A DNA stretch of 64,000 nucleotides from a bacterium (GTDB taxonomy: Bacteria > Patescibacteriota > Patescibacteriia > JACPHY01), in the NCBI GenBank assembly GCA_030647005.1, contig JAUSKG010000022.1:18196-82195 (forward strand). Direction: 5' to 3'. A program made the translations under genes and the position numbers. Below the pieces are notes generated by a model, which worked only from the letters and a program-made list of their open reading frames with translations, made no database searches and had not been told where the DNA came from. This document shows, in pieces, positions 1-10,453 of the stretch (position 1 is the stretch's first letter; every line of letters begins with the position of its first letter).

Positions 1-1367
1 TGCTCCCGCGTCGTGATCCACACAGAGCTGCGCGAGGAGCGGCCGAAGTGCCGTCCATGATTCCACCACGTGAACGTGCGGGAGGAAGCCGTACATATTG
101 TGCAATCCGAATGAGATGACCGGCACACCGAGCACTGCGGATTCAAGGCCGAGCGTCCCAGTAATCACCGCAACCGCACGCGCGCCACGCGCGACGTCGA
201 GCGCATACGCGTACGGCGAGAGCATGATGACATTCGGAATATCGAAAAGCGTCGCGTAGAAATCCCGCGGACGCCGCCCGATTGCAGGGAGGTGCTCTTT
301 CACGACGAGTCGCACACCCGCGGGAAGATTCTTCGCAAGGAATTCAATGCATGCGAGCTGCTCGTTCATTTCGGGACTCATGAGTCCCACGGACGATTCT
401 GGCTCCACATGGAGCGGAAAAAAAACATACGCCATACCCGCAAGTGCCGAAGCATCCGCGAGGGGCATCCGCATGAGACGATGGAAATCCGCGCGGACGC
501 GCGCAAGCGCACGCAACTGCTCTCCAAGGTGGTAATTGCCCATCGTCACCACCCCGCGAACACGCCGATACACTGCATGCCGAATCTGTATCCATGCCTT
601 TTTCACCAGTGCCCGCAATGACGCTTGCCGCGCGAATGACCGATAGTACGCGTCGGTGAACGGAATGCGTCGCATCGCAGCGAGCGCATCATCCGTCACC
701 ACCGCAGCCGCCTCCGCATCGCTCATCACCGTGTACCGACTCGCAATCGCCGGCACCGCAAGATACTCATCCACGCCCCACCCGTGATATGACTGGTAGT
801 ACATCAGAAAAAGCGTTCGCGTAGGAATGCGGCGGTGCCGCGCAATGGCCACACACAACTTGCCGAGCACACTCGACGTGGTACCAATAATCAACGAGGG
901 CGCGACGCGATCGAAGTACTCTTCCCAGAACTTCGCCGCACGATTAAAAAAATTGATGGATCTTTCGTACGTTGCCTGATCGCTCAACCGCGAGCGCGCA
1001 TGACCTGGCCCCGCCGCAGCAAATCCCCGCCCAAGGTGGCGATCCGCCTGGAGCGCATCGGTCGCGAGCAGGCCATAGGTGGTCTCATGCTGACGTGCAC
1101 GCTCGTAGGCGACCGTCTCGGATTCATCCACGCTGCCGTACGCAAGAAAAAAATGATGTACGGTGGTGTATGAATCGATCACTCCATCAACGTCCTGTCG
1201 CTTCCAAAATGCAACACTCGCATCATTCGTCGTCACGAGGTGAATGGCTGCACCATGGCGGCGCTTGAGCTCCCGCGCAAGCGGCACCCAGAGCCACTGC
1301 TGGTTTGTGTAGCCCCAGATGACAATACTACGAAGATGTACGGGGTGCCGCTCCTCATGATACTGCA
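1..1367 (-). CDS. KpsC/KpsS-like (Capsule_synth family) polysaccharide biosynthesis protein, 3'-truncated at the window edge
   Basis: Open minus-strand frame from ATG ~1367 to position 1, with no stop in the window (absent from the ORF track for that reason). Translation begins MQYHEERHPVHLRSIVIWGY... and contains LVVKEHLPAIGRRPRDFY, resembling the K-x-H-P motif region of KpsS/KpsC beta-Kdo transferases. Confidence 0.5.
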
Positions 1368-1377
1368 TAGATGCGCA

Positions 1378-1623
1378 TCACTCGCTCGCCGATGTCGCCG
1401 CACGCTGCGCAAGCGTCGCCCATACTATCGGGTACGACACCATCGCGATGATCTCGGCATCCGTGAATACGACTCCATACCGCTGCTCAATAGTGGTGAC
1501 GAGCGATAAGTGACGCAACGAATCCCATACCGCAACCGTTTCCATCGCGGTCGCCGTACCGATATCCGCCACGTCAACCCCGAGCACCGATGCGAAAAGC
1601 TGTTTAAGTTCTTGTTCCTGCAT
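1378..1623 (-). CDS. acyl carrier protein (ACP-like, ~81 aa)
   Basis: MQEQELKQLFASVLGVDVADIGTATAMETVAVWDSLRHLSLV... is a phosphopantetheine attachment site (D-S-L). The true start is the internal M of ORF 1378..1836 and overlaps the end of the upstream FkbH-like gene. Confidence 0.7.
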   Translation of the reverse strand: MQEQELKQLFASVLGVDVADIGTATAMETVAVWDSLRHLSLVTTIEQRYGVVFTDAEIIAMVSYPIVWATLAQRAATSASE

Positions 1624-3448
1624 AGTGTACGGTGACGTACGGGACCGAATTGATGGTATCTGACGTGCAATCCAATGCGTACCGACGGGCACCGTCGTAC
1701 ACATCCACCCGCATGAACCCGAGACGGTCGTAAAAATCGGCGGCAGGCGCGTTCTTCGCGGAGGAGACGTATGAAGATCGCACCAGTCGCACCCCTTCCG
1801 CGCGAAGCACATCAACGATACACCGCGCGAACGCATATTCCAATGAGCGACCGATCACGCGACAGCTCATGAGGAATGTGTCGAAGTCGGCAACGTCACG
1901 GTCAATCCGTACAATACAGCATCCCGTCACTCCATACTCGCCGAACCGATCTGCCGCGTCGAACGTAAAGCACCGATACGCGGGATTGGCAACAAACGAC
2001 GTTATCTCGCCTTCCGTGTAGCGCTTCGTCGTGCAATTGAATTGGTTCGTTTTCTGAGTAAGCTGCACCATGCGTGGAATCAGCCGCGCGTCATCTACAC
2101 GCACAACGATGCGGAGATCAAGCGATTGCAGAAATTGCTCCGTGCTGACAAAGGACTGCTGTGCGACATTGCGCTGCTCCTCTACACGATACTGCTCCGT
2201 TTTCTGCGTATCCTCTATCGTCACCAAGCGACGATCGAACAACCGCGCAACTGCACGCATGCGTTGTGGATACTCGTGCAGCGCAAGAGGCACCTGCACC
2301 GCCGTCACTTCCGGGCACACCGCACGCACATGTGCAATCTCCACACTCGAATCGTCAATAAATACAACGCTCTCTAACCCCACATGGAGCGTCGAGGCAA
2401 TCGCGCGAAGGTTCGTCACTTTATCCTCCCAGTTCACCAGCTTCGCGGCAATATGTTCATCCCGCAGCACCATGTGCGGGTGTGCCCGAAGCACCGCATC
2501 GACATCTTCAGGATTGTTCTTGCTCGCAAGTGCGATGAGTACTCCACGGCGCTCAAGTGCGCGTGCGAGGTACTGTACCTCTGTATACATCGCACCGTGT
2601 GCAGTCGCAGGATCAAGCGTAATACCATCCACACCGTCCTCCCCCACCGCACCACCCCATAACGTACCGTCACAATCAAAAACGATGACCTTCTTCACAT
2701 CGCCACGCATGGCCCGAATCATTGGCACGAGACGCGCTGCATACGCATGAGCGAATGTCGGTGTATACGGTGCCAATGCGGAAGCGTAGAATCGTCGGTC
2801 GAGGGCGGTCGCGGTCCCAATCTCGGAAAAAATATTATCCACGGACACCGTGACGACATTGGGCAACGCTACGGCAGCAAGGTGCCGATTGAGACGCGCA
2901 GCAAGTTCCTCCAGGCGCCGATCACCTACTACCGCGAGCGAAAAAGCTGTTGCGGTAAACTCATGTACGATCACGAGCGGCACGCGGGCAAGTGACGAAA
3001 GCACCGTATGAAGCGTCTGCTCCGTATGCACTGCCAACGCCTCAACCGCGTCATCGGACATCATTGCAATACGATAGTGAAAACCGCTCGTGAGCCGAGC
3101 GAGCTCCCACCAAAGGATGACGCACGGCACATCACCAATGTGCGCACTCTCCTGCACGAACGCATCGAGACCGCCAGCCCGACATCGCGCAGGCACGCCA
3201 ACAGAGCGTAAATGATACTCGATAATATCAAAAAGCGGAGCAGTGATAATATTGCTCAAAACAGTAATGTCATACGCGCTTGCATCCGTAATCAAACGCC
3301 CGAGCGATCGGTTACGATCCATGAGCGCATCCAACGGAACGAGGGCATCAAATGGCGTGTCTTCATGCATACGAACGCACCGCACGCTGTGCAGTGGTTG
3401 CCTGACGAGCACTGCGAACCCTGTACGCGATCGCGTATGCAATCGCAT
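1604..3448 (-). CDS. FkbH-like HAD-superfamily IIIC phosphatase/acyltransferase (614 aa)
   Basis: KVIVFDCDGTLWGG HAD motif I; size and architecture are typical of the FkbH family. It sits immediately upstream of the ACP. Confidence 0.7.
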   Translation of the reverse strand: MRLHTRSRTGFAVLVRQPLHSVRCVRMHEDTPFDALVPLDALMDRNRSLGRLITDASAYDITVLSNIITAPLFDIIEYHLRSVGVPARCRAGGLDAFVQESAHIGDVPCVILWWELARLTSGFHYRIAMMSDDAVEALAVHTEQTLHTVLSSLARVPLVIVHEFTATAFSLAVVGDRRLEELAARLNRHLAAVALPNVVTVSVDNIFSEIGTATALDRRFYASALAPYTPTFAHAYAARLVPMIRAMRGDVKKVIVFDCDGTLWGGAVGEDGVDGITLDPATAHGAMYTEVQYLARALERRGVLIALASKNNPEDVDAVLRAHPHMVLRDEHIAAKLVNWEDKVTNLRAIASTLHVGLESVVFIDDSSVEIAHVRAVCPEVTAVQVPLALHEYPQRMRAVARLFDRRLVTIEDTQKTEQYRVEEQRNVAQQSFVSTEQFLQSLDLRIVVRVDDARLIPRMVQLTQKTNQFNCTTKRYTEGEITSFVANPAYRCFTFDAADRFGEYGVTGCCIVRIDRDVADFDTFLMSCRVIGRSLEYAFARCIVDVLRAEGVRLVRSSYVSSAKNAPAADFYDRLGFMRVDVYDGARRYALDCTSDTINSVPYVTVHYAGTRT

Positions 3449-3782
3449 GCTGGTCGCAATGAGCCATGCTCACACTCACCGTTATACCCACTGCCGCTGG
3501 ATGGTTGATACGCACCGTCGGCGCTCCACTCGCTCCACGAACAATCTCAATACGTGCAAGAGGTATCGGCTGACACCCAAGAGCACCAAGGGCCTTCACC
3601 ACCGCCTCCTTTGCACTAAACCGCGCAGCAAGACGCTGCGCGGCAGGTTGCTGCGCGTACGCATCCGCAAGCTCCCCCACCGTGAAGATGCGCGCGAGCA
3701 TTCGACCATCACGCGCGCGATCAAGCTCGTAAAACCGCGCAATGGCGACGATATCAACGCCGGCACCAACCTGCGATCGCAC
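3363..3782 (-). CDS. 4'-phosphopantetheinyl transferase (AcpS-type)
   Basis: GAGVDIVAIARF ... FSAKEAVVKALG AcpS motifs. The start is probably the GTG/V about 13 nt after the GNAT stop; the ORF-track N-terminus is likely spurious. Confidence 0.6.
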   Translation of the reverse strand: MRSQVGAGVDIVAIARFYELDRARDGRMLARIFTVGELADAYAQQPAAQRLAARFSAKEAVVKALGALGCQPIPLARIEIVRGASGAPTVRINHPAAVGITVSVSMAHCDQHAIAYAIAYRVRSARQATTAQRAVRSYA

Positions 3783-3792
3783 GGACGTCCGC

Positions 3793-4440
3793 TCAACGTG
3801 TGAGCGGGTCCACTCCTGAAGCGTGCGGAGGGTCCACTCCCGCTTGGTTCGTGGCTTGATGGGCATAATATTCACGATCAAGTAATCCGAAGAGATGGAC
3901 ATCGTGGTAGCTCCCATCTTTAAACACCTCACTGCGCCGCACGCCTTCATGCTGAAACCCAAGTGTGCGGCAGTACAATTGTGCGACTGCCTCTGATAGG
4001 GAACCGCCACCCACTCTGTGCATGTGTAATCCATTGAATGCATGCGCAAGTATGAGTTGGTGGGATTCTACAAAATTGCCAAGGTTACGATGCGTACGCT
4101 CACCAATCACGACCGCAATGGCGCACGTTTGATGGAACCAATCAATCGTATCGAGGGAAATAATCCCGATCAACACCGCGCTCGCTCGGTGCACGATGCC
4201 AAGCTGCAACTTCGTGCGGTTCCCAGCGATCGCCTCACGAAAGTATACACGCTGCGCCTCTCGAGTATTGGGAACATAGCGCTGCTGCATCGCAGCAGTC
4301 GTATCTGGATCGTTGAACCAACGATACCAATTGGTACGATCGATGAGGTCCTCGTCCATCGCGACAAGGTCGATGCTCTTGCCTGTAAGAAACACGTCGT
4401 ATTGTAGAGTATCCATACCAGCAATAGCATTCCTCACCAC
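3793..4440 (-). CDS. GNAT family N-acetyltransferase
   Basis: RimL-like GNAT fold signatures (…AIAVVIGERTHRNLGNFVESHQLILAHAF…). Confidence 0.6.
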   Translation of the reverse strand: MVRNAIAGMDTLQYDVFLTGKSIDLVAMDEDLIDRTNWYRWFNDPDTTAAMQQRYVPNTREAQRVYFREAIAGNRTKLQLGIVHRASAVLIGIISLDTIDWFHQTCAIAVVIGERTHRNLGNFVESHQLILAHAFNGLHMHRVGGGSLSEAVAQLYCRTLGFQHEGVRRSEVFKDGSYHDVHLFGLLDREYYAHQATNQAGVDPPHASGVDPLTR

Positions 4441-5783
4441 GCACGATGCCCAGATTGCTCCCCCGTCAACGCACGCTCCCCCGTGATCGCCCGCCGATGC
4501 AGGAAGACCTTTTCAAACGCCGCGACGATGTCATCGAGGTCCTGCCGCGAGAGTCCGGGGTGCATGAGTTCACTGATAAAAAGATCCGATGCGTGCATAC
4601 GCTCGGCAACGGGACAGCTCCCCGCTGCGTACGTCGCGAGCGCGCTCGGATGTGCGAGCGTGAACGGGTATCCACTGCGGCCGAATGCGATGCGCCGCTG
4701 AAAGAGGGGCAATTGATAGAGTGGTGTGCAGTACCCTCCCCATATTCGCACGCCGAGGTCCTCGTGGTTTTTGGTTGGAGCCAGCTCAGCGCGCACCGCG
4801 TCGAGGAATGCATCACGCGAGCACCCGGCAACGTCGCTCCGAAATAGGAACGGCTGCTCATAATACACGTGGACCGCATCGGGCCGAGCGACCGCCGGCA
4901 TCAGTGCAGGAATCGTACGCAGGCGCTCGGTGAGGTATGCGCAATTGTCGAGCCGCTCCCGCACGAACGCATCGAGCTTCCGGAGCTGACATCGGCTGAT
5001 CGCCGCCTCTACTTCCGTCATGCGAATGTTGCACCCAACCATGTTCACGAGATCTGTCTCGCCTTTGTCACCCACCACCGCCTCCGCGTGATTGCGGATG
5101 AGTCGCACGCGGTTTGCGAGCGCATCATCATCGGTCACGACGACCCCTCCCTCCCCGGCCTGGATGTGTTTATGGCAGTTGAGCGAGAAGACGCCAACGT
5201 CGCCGAGTGTACCCGCATGGCGTCCACGATAGCGCGCGCCGGGTGCCTGCGCCGCGTCCTCAATGACGATGAGGTGATGCTCACGCGCAATCGCGGCGAT
5301 GACATCCGCATCGTATGGCTGCCCGAAAAGGTCTACCACGATGATCGCTTTCGTTCGCGGCGTGATCCGTGCGCGCACGGATGCAGGATCGAGACAAAAA
5401 TACTCTGGCTCGATGTCCGCAAACACGGGGATACCGCCGTACCAGAGTGGCACCGTCGCAGACGCGCTCATGGTGTACGGGGAGACAATCACCTCATCGC
5501 CCGGGCTGATCCCCGCTGCCCCCACCGCAGCCATGAGTCCCGAGGTGGCAGAGTTCACCGCGATCGCGTGGCGCACGCCGAATCGCTGCGCCCACTCTTC
5601 CTCGAGCGCACGCACTTCCGGGCCGCCAAAAAACCGCGCATCCCACGAGCCGAGGAACCCGGAGAGCGTACCGCTCTCGAGCACACGCGCGACTGCCGCC
5701 TGTTCCTCCGCGCCGATGGTGCGATAATCGGGAAACGGGTGTCGCCGGACCGGAGTGCCGCCATGGAGTGCGAGTATTGACAT
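4434..5783 (-). CDS. DegT/DnrJ/EryC1/StrS-family PLP-dependent sugar aminotransferase
   Basis: AIAVNSATSGLMAA...GDEVIVSPYTMSASA...FSLNCHKHI (Lys in HK) are typical of DegT. Confidence 0.8.
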   Translation of the reverse strand: MSILALHGGTPVRRHPFPDYRTIGAEEQAAVARVLESGTLSGFLGSWDARFFGGPEVRALEEEWAQRFGVRHAIAVNSATSGLMAAVGAAGISPGDEVIVSPYTMSASATVPLWYGGIPVFADIEPEYFCLDPASVRARITPRTKAIIVVDLFGQPYDADVIAAIAREHHLIVIEDAAQAPGARYRGRHAGTLGDVGVFSLNCHKHIQAGEGGVVVTDDDALANRVRLIRNHAEAVVGDKGETDLVNMVGCNIRMTEVEAAISRCQLRKLDAFVRERLDNCAYLTERLRTIPALMPAVARPDAVHVYYEQPFLFRSDVAGCSRDAFLDAVRAELAPTKNHEDLGVRIWGGYCTPLYQLPLFQRRIAFGRSGYPFTLAHPSALATYAAGSCPVAERMHASDLFISELMHPGLSRQDLDDIVAAFEKVFLHRRAITGERALTGEQSGHRAW

Positions 5784-5795
5784 ACCTACGGAGCA

Positions 5796-6818
5796 CTATC
5801 CGTTCCTCAACACGACTCGTTTCCCATCCTTTTGCGCGCTCTGCTCAAGTGCACGAATCACCATGAGGACGCGGAGTGCATCCTCGCCTGTGCTCACCGG
5901 CACATCCCGCCCCTCAAGGCAATCCACGATGTGCGGGAGGACAGGCGTAAGGAAGCTCCGTGGCGGGCCGACGCGCTTCACGCGCTCGTCGTTGAGCTCT
6001 CGGTAGCTCGAATACTCATCGCTCGCACGGGTGCCGATGATCTCGATGGTCAGCCCCGACTCATGCTTGAGATTCATGCGCCCCTTCTCACCAAAAAAAC
6101 TCATCTCGGAGAGCGAATACTGTGCCGAATCAAAATACTGCAACGCCGCAGTGGCCCCGTCAAATCCGAGCAGCGCATCCACGCGCACATCGTGCGGATC
6201 GCGCGGATACACGGTGCTAGGAACCGCACTCACCCACCGCACGTTCCCAAGAAAATACCGCAGGAGATCAATGAAATGCGTACCCCCATGGTACAGTCCC
6301 TTATCGTACGACGCAACCGCCATGCGCACGGGCCCGAGGAACGTATCACGCACGTATCCGCCGCGGAGATTCTCGCGGAACTTCCGAATCCACGGATCAA
6401 ACCGGCGGCTGTGATTGACAAAAAGCGGAACTCGGTACGTCCGGCAGGCGCGAATGGCCTCGCGCGCCTCCTGCACATCGTGCGCAATCGGTTTCTCGCA
6501 GAGGATCGCCTGTACGCGGTGCTTTGCGGCGAGCCGCACCAGTGCGCAGTGCGATTCCGGGGACGTCGCGATGATGACAATGTCGGGTTGAACGGTCACG
6601 AGCATCCGCGCGATGTCCGAGAAGCGCGGCACATCGGGATAGAGCTGCTTCGCGCGCGCGAGCGATCGCCGATCCGTATCCGCGAGTGCCGCGAGTGACG
6701 TGCGCCGATACATCGTCGCGGCCTGCGCGTGGCTCGCCGGCGCAATACGCAACGGATCGAGCTGCGCACCGAGCCCAATCCATCCGCATCCAATAACCGC
6801 GACCGTATATTTTTTCAT
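5796..6818 (-). CDS. Gfo/Idh/MocA-family NAD(P)-dependent oxidoreductase
   Basis: N-terminal Rossmann MKKYTVAVIGCGWIG; conserved EKP motif (ILCEKPIA). Confidence 0.75.
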   Translation of the reverse strand: MKKYTVAVIGCGWIGLGAQLDPLRIAPASHAQAATMYRRTSLAALADTDRRSLARAKQLYPDVPRFSDIARMLVTVQPDIVIIATSPESHCALVRLAAKHRVQAILCEKPIAHDVQEAREAIRACRTYRVPLFVNHSRRFDPWIRKFRENLRGGYVRDTFLGPVRMAVASYDKGLYHGGTHFIDLLRYFLGNVRWVSAVPSTVYPRDPHDVRVDALLGFDGATAALQYFDSAQYSLSEMSFFGEKGRMNLKHESGLTIEIIGTRASDEYSSYRELNDERVKRVGPPRSFLTPVLPHIVDCLEGRDVPVSTGEDALRVLMVIRALEQSAQKDGKRVVLRNG

Positions 6819-7594
6819 ACCGTGTACCCCACGCGATTGATGTCCGGCTGCTGTGCCGATGTAAAAATCTCGGGGTGCGCATCCGCGAGCGCAAGGACGT
6901 CATCAATGTCAAAACTCGAATCTGTGGAATGGAACCGTTCGTAGATCGCCCGCATCATGCCGAGATCTGCTGGAGTATCAAGGAGGAGCGTAAGTGCGGG
7001 GCGATGGTATTGCGGCGGTGCAGTGTAGCGATAGATGGAAAACGCGTCCGAGTGATTCCGAATGAAGTAGTTCACGTGCTCGAAGTTATCCAGATTGTTC
7101 CGGTGTGGCTCCTCCTGTGCCATCGCATGCGCGCGTTGGAGCGCAGGGAAGCGCACCACCTGCACATCAATACCCTGTGGGAAGGTATCCTCAAGACAAT
7201 TGGAGAGGAAGTCGCACCTCCGTGCAAAGAATGCTGCAACCCCGCGATCAAGCACCATCGGCGAGATACACGGGCAATCCCCCGTCACGAGGACGAGCAC
7301 ATCCGCGCCCGCCGATGCGCCAGCACCAACGACGCGCCCGAGGACATCGGTCTCGCTCCCGCGGAACGTGCGCGCGCCAAACCGCTCCGCGATAGCGATA
7401 ATGGCATCATCGCGTTGCTCGGTGCTCGTCGCCACCACCACTTCATCAATCCGCTGTGCGCGCTGGACGCGCTCGATCACCGCGCCGAGTGCTGGCAACC
7501 CTGGGAGAAGCTCCAGGGCCATCTTCCCGGGAAGTCGCGTCGCGCCCATCCGCGCTTCGATCGTGGCAACAACCTTCGACATACTCACGCGCAC
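6815..7594 (-). CDS. CMP-sugar cytidylyltransferase (NeuA/SpsF-like) 1
   Basis: VVATIEARMGATRLPGKMA N-terminal cytidylyltransferase motif. Confidence 0.7.
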   Translation of the reverse strand: MRVSMSKVVATIEARMGATRLPGKMALELLPGLPALGAVIERVQRAQRIDEVVVATSTEQRDDAIIAIAERFGARTFRGSETDVLGRVVGAGASAGADVLVLVTGDCPCISPMVLDRGVAAFFARRCDFLSNCLEDTFPQGIDVQVVRFPALQRAHAMAQEEPHRNNLDNFEHVNYFIRNHSDAFSIYRYTAPPQYHRPALTLLLDTPADLGMMRAIYERFHSTDSSFDIDDVLALADAHPEIFTSAQQPDINRVGYTV

Positions 7595-9405
7595 GCAGCA
7601 AGAAACAACTGCGCATTGATGACGTTGAACAAAAACTTGCTGGTACTGTTGGGCAGCGGGTTCGCATCCATGAGTTCCGCGACGGCGCGACGATCCACGA
7701 GGTCAAAAATCCGGCCCGGCGCGAGGATCCGCTCGCGAACCGCACCGTCGCGCAGATCAATGAGCGATGCAAGAGAAACGTTGAATCCCTTCTTCTGGCG
7801 ATCAAGCCGCACGCGGTCGTGCAGCGTACCGCGCATGGCCTCGCGGAGCACGTACTTGCCGTACCCGTCACGAATGAGGTGCTCTGCGGGAATGCGGAAC
7901 GCGAACTCGCAGAGACGCGTGTCGAGGTATGGACTGCGGTTCTCCACCGAGTAGTACATCGAATTCAAATCGTCCTCGCGCAGAATCACCGGCACCACTT
8001 CATGAAACAACTCATTGAGCATCCGGTTACGCAGGAGCGAATCGCAAAAGATGTGTTCGCGAAATTCCTCACGGAAGTCCACGGTCACGTACTGCAGGAA
8101 CCGGTCACGTTCATCGTACACATGGCCGCGGAACTGTCTATCGGCACTGTAGAGATCGGGATCCCGCAACAGCGGATTGCGCACCATGGGTGCCACATGC
8201 GTGATGAAATCACTCCGCGCGCGTGCATACGCCGGATGATTTCGCATCTCATAGAGGTGGAGCGGAAAATGATCGTAGTAGCCCGTTACCAGCTCGTCTG
8301 CCGCAGTGCCAGAGATCGCAACGCGGTAGCCGGCATGCGCGATTGCCTCGGACAGGTAGGAATGCACGAAGTATGAAATGGTCGCAATCGGCGCATCGTG
8401 GTACGCAATGAGCTGCTCGAGGCGCTCAAAAAAACCCGGCTGCGGAAACGGGATGGCGGTGTGCACGCTCCCAATATCCGCAACGATTTCCTGAATGTTC
8501 GGCTCCTCATTATAGCGTGGATCGTGATCAATGACGGAGAATGTGGCGACGCGATATCCAAACTCCTTCGCCGCGATGGAGGCAAGTGATGCCGAGTCCA
8601 CACCGCCGCTCAAACAGAACGCGAGCGGAACATCCGCACGGAGACGGATGCGCATACTCTCGAGCAGTCGCGCACGGAATCCCTCCACTGCGTCTGCAAG
8701 CGTCATGTCTTGGAGTGTGCAGTGCGGCTGCCAGTAGCGATACGAACGCACGGCACCATCCGACTGAACAATGACGTTCGTCGCGTAAGGCACCTCGCGC
8801 ACACCCTGAAAAAACGTCTCCGACCCCTTCATGAGCGACTTGTACCCGTTCACCAGATACCGAAGCACCTGCGGCGTATTCACGACGAGACGCTGTCCAG
8901 ACAGTGCTGCAAGGAATTTGATCTCGGAGCCGAACAACACGCCTCCTGTCGTCTCGAGAAGATACAGCGGCTTCTCGCCAAACCGATCACGCGAAAGAAA
9001 CACCGTCTGCGAGCGCGCGTCGTGAATCGCAAACGCCCACATCCCCTCAAAATCATCCACGCAGCGTTCACCGAAGGTGAGGTACGATTGAAGGAGCACC
9101 TCGGAATCGGAAGTCGTACGGAACACGATACCACGCGCTTCGAGGCACTTCCGGAGCTCAAGGTAGTTGTAAATTTCACCGTTGAAAATGAGCGTGCAAC
9201 CCCCGATGGTCATGGGGAGGTGCGCGCGGGGATCGAGATCAATGATACTCAAACGCGTATGGAGGAACACGCACATGCGATCGCGCATAGGCAAGCGCAC
9301 GAAACGCTGCGCGTCCGGACCGCGACGGTGCATGGTTGCCAATGTGGCAACCGCGCGCGTGTCGTCCGGGGGTTGTGTTCCGATGTAGCCGGCGATGCCG
9401 CACAT
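7585..9405 (-). CDS. asparagine synthase (glutamine-hydrolysing)-like amidotransferase
   Basis: MCGIAGYIG N-terminal Ntn Cys; the SGGVDSA PP-loop lies in the central region. Confidence 0.85.
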   Translation of the reverse strand: MCGIAGYIGTQPPDDTRAVATLATMHRRGPDAQRFVRLPMRDRMCVFLHTRLSIIDLDPRAHLPMTIGGCTLIFNGEIYNYLELRKCLEARGIVFRTTSDSEVLLQSYLTFGERCVDDFEGMWAFAIHDARSQTVFLSRDRFGEKPLYLLETTGGVLFGSEIKFLAALSGQRLVVNTPQVLRYLVNGYKSLMKGSETFFQGVREVPYATNVIVQSDGAVRSYRYWQPHCTLQDMTLADAVEGFRARLLESMRIRLRADVPLAFCLSGGVDSASLASIAAKEFGYRVATFSVIDHDPRYNEEPNIQEIVADIGSVHTAIPFPQPGFFERLEQLIAYHDAPIATISYFVHSYLSEAIAHAGYRVAISGTAADELVTGYYDHFPLHLYEMRNHPAYARARSDFITHVAPMVRNPLLRDPDLYSADRQFRGHVYDERDRFLQYVTVDFREEFREHIFCDSLLRNRMLNELFHEVVPVILREDDLNSMYYSVENRSPYLDTRLCEFAFRIPAEHLIRDGYGKYVLREAMRGTLHDRVRLDRQKKGFNVSLASLIDLRDGAVRERILAPGRIFDLVDRRAVAELMDANPLPNSTSKFLFNVINAQLFLAACA

Positions 9406-9409
9406 AATG

Positions 9410-10453
9410 CTACACGGGCAACGAACGCTCCGGCATGCACTCTTCTATACACTGTGGATCCAAAACCGTTCCCGCCACTACGGCACGTCGAAGACGCTTC
9501 CCGATAATCCCAAGCTCCTGCCCTGGCGCAAAAGGTCCCGCGGGGCGCACCCACGTCAGGTGTGCGGCTGACAGCACGATTCCTTCCGGGAGATCTTCTG
9601 CAGCGACTACCGCCCGACGGAATGCGCTCCTACCCACTTCCTCACATGGCTGTGGCACCTTCACGCCGCTTCCCATCATCAACTCTACCGCACGGATGCG
9701 TTCGACGAGTACTCGGATCTCATCCGGAGTTGCGGAGAGCTGATGGTCGCGAAAATCTGAGTAGTCGTGCGCAAGCGTGAAATGCTTCTCGACGATCCGC
9801 GCGCCGATCGCGACCGCTGCAACCGCCGCATCATTCCCCATGGTGTGATCCGAGTATCCGATGGTGGAATGTGGAAATTGCTCCCGTAGCGTCGAGATCG
9901 CCCCAAGATTCGCCTGTCCCGGCGGTACCGGATACGATGCGACGCAATGGAGGAGCGCATGATCTCCAGATACGCCACGCGCCGCCCACGCTCCCTGTAC
10001 GTGAGCGACTGCCACACGGATCTCGTCTACCGTCGCAGCACCAGTCGAAAAAATAACTGGCTTTCCCGTATGTGCGATGACCTCGATCATCGGCAGGAAT
10101 GTCAGATCACCCGAGGCGACTTTGTATGCAGGGACGAGCGCATCAAGAAATGCCGCACTCTCACAATCGAATGGGGTTGAAAGAAAGAGCACGCCCGCCC
10201 GTTGCGCAACAGTAGCGAGATGCCGAAAGTCATCATACGAAAGCTGAAAACGGCGTAGCTGCGCAAGACGCCGCTCATCCGTGCGCGCAACAAGTCGCTC
10301 CGGAACAATGGTCTGAAACTTCACCGCGTCCACTCCTGCGAGAGCGGCGCGACCAATGAGGTCTTCTGCAAGCGCACGCGAACCCTCGTGATTATTGCCA
10401 ATCTCTGCAATCACGAATACACGCGATGCAGTATTGTGATGACCAATCATCAT
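9410..10453 (-). CDS. NeuB/PseI/LegI-family nonulosonic acid synthase 1 (with SAF domain)
   Basis: VFVIAEIGNNHEGS...AGVDAVKFQT motifs. The start was trimmed to the MMIGHH methionine, which overlaps the upstream stop by ATGA. Confidence 0.85.
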   Translation of the reverse strand: MMIGHHNTASRVFVIAEIGNNHEGSRALAEDLIGRAALAGVDAVKFQTIVPERLVARTDERRLAQLRRFQLSYDDFRHLATVAQRAGVLFLSTPFDCESAAFLDALVPAYKVASGDLTFLPMIEVIAHTGKPVIFSTGAATVDEIRVAVAHVQGAWAARGVSGDHALLHCVASYPVPPGQANLGAISTLREQFPHSTIGYSDHTMGNDAAVAAVAIGARIVEKHFTLAHDYSDFRDHQLSATPDEIRVLVERIRAVELMMGSGVKVPQPCEEVGRSAFRRAVVAAEDLPEGIVLSAAHLTWVRPAGPFAPGQELGIIGKRLRRAVVAGTVLDPQCIEECMPERSLPV

